DNA of 64,000 nucleotides from NCBI RefSeq assembly GCF_055900595.2, contig NZ_CM148325.1; one strand, 5' to 3'. Shown piece by piece: positions 57,272 to 64,000 of this stretch (position 1 is its first letter; each line of letters starts with the position of its first letter). The notes under the pieces were generated by a model. It saw only the letters and a program-made list of their open reading frames with translations, ran no database searches and was not told where the DNA came from. The position numbers and the translations under genes were made by a program.

Positions 57272-59578
57272 TCAATACAACTCATCAAGTTTTCTCATCG
57301 CTTGTTCCCGTATTGCGCGCGTCTTACCGTTAAGCGCCAGCTGCCGAACTAAATCCAGTTCAGGGTTAACAAGCTCTAACGCCAGCAAAGGATCACGTTT
57401 CAGCCTCGCCTTCAATACATCAACTGGAAAGCGGGGATTATTCATCGCCACAATCCACCACTCGGGATCAATTTCTGCCGCCAGTGCCGCAGGGGGGGTG
57501 TGGCGGTTGCTAAGTGCGCCGAACTTGAAAAATGTGAGATTGCTTTTCGCCAGTGTACTCCACCATATACGATCCGGTTGTTTTGCCAGTACATCCAGTT
57601 GTGCTAACGCATCGGGGTCGAGTGCATAATAAACACGTAACGCTTCGTTAACCTGCGCACGGGAACTGTTTTCCTGCCTCAGAAAAAACTTCGCCCAAAT
57701 ATCATTGCATGGCGTGTTTTGCTGTAATTCCTTGAGAACAACAGCGGGTAAATTATCCCAACTAATTAATGCACTCTCTAAAAAGTCCCAGTCGTCCGAA
57801 CGTATCAGAGAGGTGGCATTTAATAGCATCTGGTCATCAACTTCACCGTAGCTGATAAGCTCAGACAAAATCATATCAGCGCTGGTTTCATATGCATCTG
57901 AATCTGCTTTGGGATTATTTTTCCGATGCGATAAAGCACGTTGCCAAATTTTTTGTTTCATCGACGTGCTCAGATACTGATTTTTCGCCAGATTACTCCA
58001 CCCCTCAGGATCGTTGAAACGTGTCAATAACCGTTGTAGAGCAGCGTCAGAGTGAATTTCCTGCATATCCCGACAGCAAAAGTAGGCAGGGGATTTTTTC
58101 TCCATCCTTTTAACAAAATTAAACTGTAAGTTATCTGGCAATGCTAAAAATAACACACGTATTAGATCATCGTCATTCTCGAATTTTTGGTATAAATATA
58201 CTGCAACTTTGTCACTCTCTTGTGGCGTCATCCGCAACAATTGACCATGGTGTTTCATCTCTGCCAGCTTTGACGCTAAGCTTGTGACAACATCGTTTGA
58301 TGAATCGTTCGCCAACTGCATTGCCTGATTGTAGGTGAGTTGTCCTCCAGCACCGACCTGACGAATAGAGGGATCATCACTGCGGATATAGCCATCAATA
58401 ATGGATTCGGGCAATAACCACGCATCTTTATAAAGCTCCTGAATGATCATATCCCAATCTCTTTTCGCCAGAGTCATGACGATATCCAGAGGGAGATTTT
58501 CACGTAGCGCAAGATTCAACGGACCGACACCATCAGGTAGATGACTCATTCGCGTCATTATTTCGACAGAGAGCGGTTCACGGTCGAGCAACCCCAGAAC
58601 AACAGGCTGGTAACCCAATTGCTGATCGGTCAACTCCAGAATCTCATTGTCAGGCATATATCTCGCCATACTTTCAATCGTTTGTCCATCATTGCTATTA
58701 ATAAGTTGTTTGCGTAGGTTAGCTGAAATTCCTTTAATCCTTGGGAGAGTTCGCATTATGGCAAGATCAAATGTCGCAATATCTCGTCCTTCAAATGCAG
58801 CAACGTTGCCTTCATCCAGCATTTGCAATTCCTGCACTAACTCAGGAGAAGGCTTAGGGCGAAACAGCGCTTCTTTTTTCATCAGACTACAGATATTCCC
58901 TGCCATGGGAATATTGCTTCGCTTAAAAATTTCTTTCAGAGCATCTTCATCATTTATTAGACCCCAATAATATGCATCAGGATTTATTATCATCAGCGCT
59001 TTTTTGACATTTTCAGTGTCATTTTTGTCACTCGCACGGACCATGAATTCACTATTTGTCGAAGACGCAACAACAGGTGCAATTATGTCATTGATAAATA
59101 TCCCTCGCGCATTAATACTCCCCTTAATCGTAGACGGATTATCGTAATATGAGTCGATAAATACCAGTCCACTTGCATTTATCGAACCGGTAATTAACAG
59201 TGGTGAATCCGTAACTATATTCGTTGCCGTCACGTTACCGAGAATAACCCATGGATTAGAAAGAGATAAAGTGGAAATATTACCTTTGACTGTCAAATTG
59301 CCAAGAACAATCAATTTTTGATTACTCTCTATATTACCGTCTACCACTAAATCGCCACGATGCACTTTCCAGTCCGATGCAGATAAACCGAAGGGGACAA
59401 GGTTCACGCTACTGTTGATAGCTTGTTCAACTTGTTGTTTATCTTCAGCGGTAGCCGCAGAAAAAAATGGTTCAATATCAACTGCATTTGCAACACATCG
59501 AAGGTCCGCCTGTACTGGAAGACTCAGCATAAACAGGGGAAGTAAACCTATCCAGCTGCAAATCCTGGGCTTAAACAT
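57272..59578 (-). CDS. ydbD: Large secreted protein YdbD, 768 aa
   Basis: Signal peptide; matches K-12 YdbD from MFKPRICSWIGLLPLFML. Confidence 0.8.
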   Translation of the reverse strand: MFKPRICSWIGLLPLFMLSLPVQADLRCVANAVDIEPFFSAATAEDKQQVEQAINSSVNLVPFGLSASDWKVHRGDLVVDGNIESNQKLIVLGNLTVKGNISTLSLSNPWVILGNVTATNIVTDSPLLITGSINASGLVFIDSYYDNPSTIKGSINARGIFINDIIAPVVASSTNSEFMVRASDKNDTENVKKALMIINPDAYYWGLINDEDALKEIFKRSNIPMAGNICSLMKKEALFRPKPSPELVQELQMLDEGNVAAFEGRDIATFDLAIMRTLPRIKGISANLRKQLINSNDGQTIESMARYMPDNEILELTDQQLGYQPVVLGLLDREPLSVEIMTRMSHLPDGVGPLNLALRENLPLDIVMTLAKRDWDMIIQELYKDAWLLPESIIDGYIRSDDPSIRQVGAGGQLTYNQAMQLANDSSNDVVTSLASKLAEMKHHGQLLRMTPQESDKVAVYLYQKFENDDDLIRVLFLALPDNLQFNFVKRMEKKSPAYFCCRDMQEIHSDAALQRLLTRFNDPEGWSNLAKNQYLSTSMKQKIWQRALSHRKNNPKADSDAYETSADMILSELISYGEVDDQMLLNATSLIRSDDWDFLESALISWDNLPAVVLKELQQNTPCNDIWAKFFLRQENSSRAQVNEALRVYYALDPDALAQLDVLAKQPDRIWWSTLAKSNLTFFKFGALSNRHTPPAALAAEIDPEWWIVAMNNPRFPVDVLKARLKRDPLLALELVNPELDLVRQLALNGKTRAIREQAMRKLDELY

Positions 59579-59641
59579 ATGCACTCCATGCCATTAAAAA
59601 AGAAACAAAAGGGAAATGCATCTTTCCCTTTTGTATATTCG

Positions 59642-60502
59642 TTATTCTCGCGAAATACCGTCCAACGTAGACAACACGTCCGCAGAAAGATGCAATTTTT
59701 CTGAGGCCATATTCTCCCGTAAATGAGCAACAGAAGACGTTCCTGGGATCAGCAAAATATTCGGTGAACGTTGTAACAGCCACGCCAGCGCCACCTGCAT
59801 TGGTGTTGCACCCAGGCTCGCAGCAACATCGGAAAGCGTGGAGGATTGCAGCGGCGTAAAGCCCCCGAGCGGAAAGAACGGCACGTAGGCAATGCCGTCA
59901 CGAGCCAAAGCATCAATCATTGCGTCATCAGCACGATGAGCAATGTTGTATTCGTTCTGCACACAGACAATTTCGGTAATCTTACGCGCCTCTGCAACCT
60001 GCGTCGGTGTGACGTTGCTCAGGCCAATATGTTTTACCAGGCCTTGTTGTCGCATCTCTGCCAGCACGGTCAGGCTGGCTTCAATCGATCCTTCCGCTGG
60101 GCCATGACCATCCCCCATCATAACGCGCAGGTTAACCACATCCAGTACGTCCAGTCCGAGATTACGTAGATTATCGTGTACCGCTTTTTGCAACTCTGCC
60201 GGAGAAAATGCGGGCAACCAGGAGGCGTCCTCTCCACGCCGCGCCCCAATTTTAGTAACAATGGTCAGGTCGTCAGAGTAAGGATAAAGCGCTTCGCGGA
60301 TAATCTGATTGGTGACGTGCGGACCATAAAAGTCACTGGTATCAATGTGATTGACGCCCAATGCTAGCGCCTCGCGCAGAACGGTTATAGCGACGTGGCG
60401 ATCTCTGGGCGGGCCGAAAACCCCAGGACCTGCCAGTTGCATCGCGCCATAACCAAGACGGTTAACGGATTTTGTACCGAGAGTAAATGTGTTGCTGCTC
60501 AT
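59642..60502 (-). CDS. ydbC: Aldo-keto reductase YdbC, 286 aa
   Basis: AKR family; matches K-12 YdbC. Confidence 0.85.
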   Translation of the reverse strand: MSSNTFTLGTKSVNRLGYGAMQLAGPGVFGPPRDRHVAITVLREALALGVNHIDTSDFYGPHVTNQIIREALYPYSDDLTIVTKIGARRGEDASWLPAFSPAELQKAVHDNLRNLGLDVLDVVNLRVMMGDGHGPAEGSIEASLTVLAEMRQQGLVKHIGLSNVTPTQVAEARKITEIVCVQNEYNIAHRADDAMIDALARDGIAYVPFFPLGGFTPLQSSTLSDVAASLGATPMQVALAWLLQRSPNILLIPGTSSVAHLRENMASEKLHLSADVLSTLDGISRE

Positions 60503-60654
60503 CGCACCCTGCCCTGTAATAAAACGAATTCAGAAAAATCAGTATAGAAATGAAAAGAGATAAATAATGCGAAGGCGTAAACAAGATTACTGGATGAGTT
60601 GCTCTATTGTCCTGAAAAACACCAAAACAAAACGCGTCAAGCGCCGCATCCGGC

Positions 60655-60690
60655 AATAAAAAACCGCAACCTGTATCAGCGTTGCGGTTT
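60655..60690 (-). terminator. Rho-independent terminator downstream of ydbA
   Basis: accgcaac...gttgcggt stem followed on the minus strand by TTTTTTAT. Confidence 0.5.
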
Positions 60691-60709
60691 ATGCATCACA
60701 TACTAAAAA

Positions 60710-63700
60710 TTAGAACGTTTTCTTGAAGTTCAGCATCACGCCTTTATCGCTGATACCATCCTCTTTCCAGTGGTAAGCATCCAGATTCAGCGAACTTTCT
60801 TTGCTGCTGTACTTCACGCCGACGCTTGCCAGACTGTTGATGCCGCCGCCCTTTTGCCCATCATCGACATTAAAGTGCTGGCTGCCTGCGCCTGCCAGGC
60901 TTGCCGTGCGCTGGCTCTTGCTGTAGCTGAGGTTCGGCCCACCTTCCAGCGCGGCGTTCGCACTCCAGCCGTCTTTGCCTGCGTAGTCCAGCTTCAGCCC
61001 AACGATGCTGTCCACCGCCGTTTCGCTGCCGCTGTTCATGCTCAGGTTAAAGTCTCCGGCATTGCGCTCCTGATAGTCGCCTTCCAGCATGTGACGCAGT
61101 TTCAGACCCGCATATGGCGTGATTTTCAGCCCTTCGCGCGGTTCAAAGGTTTTCGCCCCTTCGCTACGGAACTCCAGGTACTGTTGTTTCACATTCGTGT
61201 CTGCCGTCTTACTGATGTCGCCGTAAGCCACCGAACGGCTGCTGTCCAGTTGGTGAATATCGTAACGCAGCGCGTTATTCCAGCTCATACCGTTGTCAAA
61301 GGACATCTGATGCTTCAGGCCAAAGAACTGGCTGTAGCCGCCTGTAACACCATTATCACCCGCTTTCTGCGCACCGTCGCCGTCCAGACGGGCGATACCG
61401 TACTCCAGGCTCATGGTCTGGTTTTCGCTCAGGTCGAGGGTTTTACGCAGCGCCAGCATGTCGTACTCGGTATTGTTACCCAGCTCAGCACGCGGATCGC
61501 CTTTCGCCACCACGTTAAATGCCAGAGCGTTGCCCATCTTCGGTGCGGCGTCTGCCAGCATACTAAAGCGATTGCTTAACACACGCGCTTCGCGGAATAC
61601 CGTGGTCGCCTGGCTACCGCTAATTTGCTTAAGTGCGCTGTTCAGCTCTGCAGTGGTGCCGACGTTCAGACTGGTATACAGCTCATTGTTGGTGTAACCC
61701 GCATCCAGCGCTTTTGCCACGTCATTCACTGAGGCATCCGTCGCCACATCGGTGTAGGCTTTTTTGCTCATGGTCACGTCAACGTTGCCGCTGGCGTCGG
61801 TACTGCCTGTCGCCTGCCAGACAACAGATGTCGAAGTGATCGCTTGCGCATCGGTCAGGTTGCTGCCTTGCACCACATCATCAAAGCTGGCGGTTTTGTC
61901 CGCCGTTCCCGCCGCAAAAGCAGTGTTGATCTCCACGCCTTTCATACTGGCGTTATTGACCATCAGCTTACCAGCGCTACCATCGGCGTTCGTCCCCACC
62001 ACGTAACCATTGAGGTTGTTCATGCCATCGTTGCGGCTAACGGAAGAAGAATGACTGTCGTCGTATGGCGTAATGGTGGGTTCTTCCGGCGCGGTAAAGT
62101 CGACATAGTGTACTTCCGTACCGTCTCCCCCTTCACCACTGCCCTCCATCACCGTGCCAGATTGTTTAATTAATCCGGAACCATTCACGCTGTCGTCAAT
62201 ATAAACAGTGCCGTTGTTAACAATATGACCATTGCTCCCGAGCTTGCTGAAGGCATATGAATTGCTGGCATATATATTGATGGTGCCGTTATTCTCAATC
62301 ACCGCATCAGCCGTGGCATCGGACTCCAGTTGCATCCCTATCATGCCTGTCCTGCTGGTTCCTTGCGTGCCAACGTTTATGGTGCCGTTGTTGATCATTT
62401 TGGCTTTACCGTGCGCCGACATCGCCACATTACTATTTTTGTCGATATTAATAATGCCGTCGTTTATTGCCTTGCTGGCCGTGTTTGATGTCAGGATCTG
62501 CCCGTTGATGACGCCAGACTGGCCATTATAGAACGTATGCCCATCACCACCGGTGCTAATTCTCATGTCACCTTCAACTGTCCCCCAGTTATTAAAATGT
62601 CCTGTCCACAGCGCATTCGTCGCCACCGTTGCCACACCGCCTTCCAGATTGTTGAAGGTGCCACCTTTATCAACCGATGCGTTATGTACGGTACCAGCAT
62701 TATTGAAGGTAGAGGCTGCAGCAAAAGTTATTTTCTCTACTTTTCCACCGGCCTGATTATTCATTACGGCAGACCCGGAAGAACATTTCCAGGCATTCAC
62801 CGTTCCGGTGTTATAAAAACGGCTGGCCCACTGGTCAACCGTGTTGATGCTGCCTGAGTTGTGAATAATCGATCCTGCAACAGTCGTTCCGACTTGCCCG
62901 GTCACCATACCTTCGTTAGTGAACACTCCGCCATCCACAGAAACAGTTTTTGTCGTGCCGTGGTTGGTGTATTCCCCACCCGTTGCGATATCAACCTCAT
63001 TAATACTGCCCGTGGTTTCATTGACCAGATGACCAAAGTCAGCCACGGTGACAGGTCCCCCGGTGACCGTACCCGTGTTTGTTACCAGGGTTTCGGCGGT
63101 TGCCGTGATATCAGTAGTACCGCCATATGAAGACAGGTTAAGCGTTTCCCCGTCAGCCGTAATAATGTCACCATTTCTCCAGCTTAATGAAACAAACCCA
63201 TCAGTCGAGTTATAGGCGTTATTGTCCTGGCAAATACCAAAAGTACAGATGGTCCCGTAATTAACAATAGTCCCGCTGCCATCGTTATAGAACGCCTGCC
63301 CGTTTTCAGCATTAATATTGATGATGCCCGTCTGATCATTAATCGCAGTGGCACCATTGTAAACAGCCATGCCGACCAATTTATTTGGCCCCAGCGTATC
63401 ATCATCATTTTCATTTACTTCCAGATTTATAGTTCCCTGGTTAATAATAATGTTACCTGGCTTCATCGCAGCCATACCGGCACCGGAATTATAGAGTGTT
63501 ATTTCACCACCCTGCTGATTAATGGCGGTAGAATTAACGCTGGCACCAGAACTGTCTGTACCCACAGCCATCCCGACAGCATAATCTTTGGCGCTGTCAT
63601 GAGCGATATTGGACGCCAGACTGGAAGTATCGTTTTCATCAACCCATAATGCGTCAATGAAAATCTTACCCATATTGTCAATGGTTGAATTATTGGAGGC

Positions 63701-64000
63701 CAGCATGCCAACACTCCCCCGGCCGTACATTTGGATCTCACCGGCAGTATTATTTAAAGCGGTGCCATTGTTGCCTGCCGTCATCCCCGTCAGACTAATG
63801 ACTTGATTATTAAAAATTAAAGGGTCACTCAAACCTTGAGCGTTCAGACTATTGAAAATACGTCCCTGCGCGAGTACCTTACTGGTGATGGCACTGTTAT
63901 TAACAACTCGACCACCATAGACGCTCAAATACGCAGAACTAGCAGAGTCTGATGTATTCCCCTCTACGCCGTAGATAGAAATCGTTACGTTGTTATTATT
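60710..64000 (-). CDS. ydbA: Autotransporter adhesin YdbA, C-terminal ~1100 codons; partial, continues beyond the window end
   Basis: Repetitive passenger region and C-terminal beta-barrel ending ...GVMLNFKKTF. The frame stays open to position 64000 with no IS sequence in the in-window part. Confidence 0.8.
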   Translation of the reverse strand, partial: NNNNVTISIYGVEGNTSDSASSAYLSVYGGRVVNNSAITSKVLAQGRIFNSLNAQGLSDPLIFNNQVISLTGMTAGNNGTALNNTAGEIQMYGRGSVGMLASNNSTIDNMGKIFIDALWVDENDTSSLASNIAHDSAKDYAVGMAVGTDSSGASVNSTAINQQGGEITLYNSGAGMAAMKPGNIIINQGTINLEVNENDDDTLGPNKLVGMAVYNGATAINDQTGIININAENGQAFYNDGSGTIVNYGTICTFGICQDNNAYNSTDGFVSLSWRNGDIITADGETLNLSSYGGTTDITATAETLVTNTGTVTGGPVTVADFGHLVNETTGSINEVDIATGGEYTNHGTTKTVSVDGGVFTNEGMVTGQVGTTVAGSIIHNSGSINTVDQWASRFYNTGTVNAWKCSSGSAVMNNQAGGKVEKITFAAASTFNNAGTVHNASVDKGGTFNNLEGGVATVATNALWTGHFNNWGTVEGDMRISTGGDGHTFYNGQSGVINGQILTSNTASKAINDGIINIDKNSNVAMSAHGKAKMINNGTINVGTQGTSRTGMIGMQLESDATADAVIENNGTINIYASNSYAFSKLGSNGHIVNNGTVYIDDSVNGSGLIKQSGTVMEGSGEGGDGTEVHYVDFTAPEEPTITPYDDSHSSSVSRNDGMNNLNGYVVGTNADGSAGKLMVNNASMKGVEINTAFAAGTADKTASFDDVVQGSNLTDAQAITSTSVVWQATGSTDASGNVDVTMSKKAYTDVATDASVNDVAKALDAGYTNNELYTSLNVGTTAELNSALKQISGSQATTVFREARVLSNRFSMLADAAPKMGNALAFNVVAKGDPRAELGNNTEYDMLALRKTLDLSENQTMSLEYGIARLDGDGAQKAGDNGVTGGYSQFFGLKHQMSFDNGMSWNNALRYDIHQLDSSRSVAYGDISKTADTNVKQQYLEFRSEGAKTFEPREGLKITPYAGLKLRHMLEGDYQERNAGDFNLSMNSGSETAVDSIVGLKLDYAGKDGWSANAALEGGPNLSYSKSQRTASLAGAGSQHFNVDDGQKGGGINSLASVGVKYSSKESSLNLDAYHWKEDGISDKGVMLNFKKTF

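Overview
This window reads as Escherichia coli chromosome, colinear (in reverse orientation) with the K-12 region from ydbA to the ansP/rhsE junction. All gene calls rest on reading the six-frame translations against remembered K-12 proteins; no database search was run. Most of the window (about 9.9-64 kb) is conserved backbone: ansP, yncE, yncD, mcbR, curA, mnaT, ydcZYX, yncL, patD, ydcVUTS, ydcR, yncJ, ydcP, ydcN, ydcO, ydcL, tehBA, ydcK, rimL, ydcH, opgD, ydcJ, ydcI, trg, hokB/mokB, ydcA, rydC, cybB, gapC, aldA, ydcF, hrpA, azoR, ynbDCBA, ydbD, ydbC and the 3' part of ydbA. The first 9 kb is an accessory type VI secretion cargo island that differs from K-12: vgrG, a DUF1795/Eag-type chaperone, a full-length prePAAR-Rhs effector with an AT-rich C-terminal toxin tip, its immunity gene, and a 5'-truncated orphan rhs-CT fragment at the window edge. 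Immediately upstream of vgrG, an AT-rich pair encodes an HExxH protein and a small lipoprotein; I consider this the best candidate for an undescribed effector/immunity system. Other departures from K-12 as I remember it are an apparent deletion of hicA and the 5' half of hicB, a 1-bp frameshift in ydcS, an intact gapC, an IS-free ydbA segment, no IS609 between ydcO and ydcL, and an AT-rich islet between ydcF and hrpA with a SUKH-like ORF. No CRISPR array, rRNA, tRNA or transposase gene was seen. Row-derived coordinates of small features may be off by 1-2 bp.
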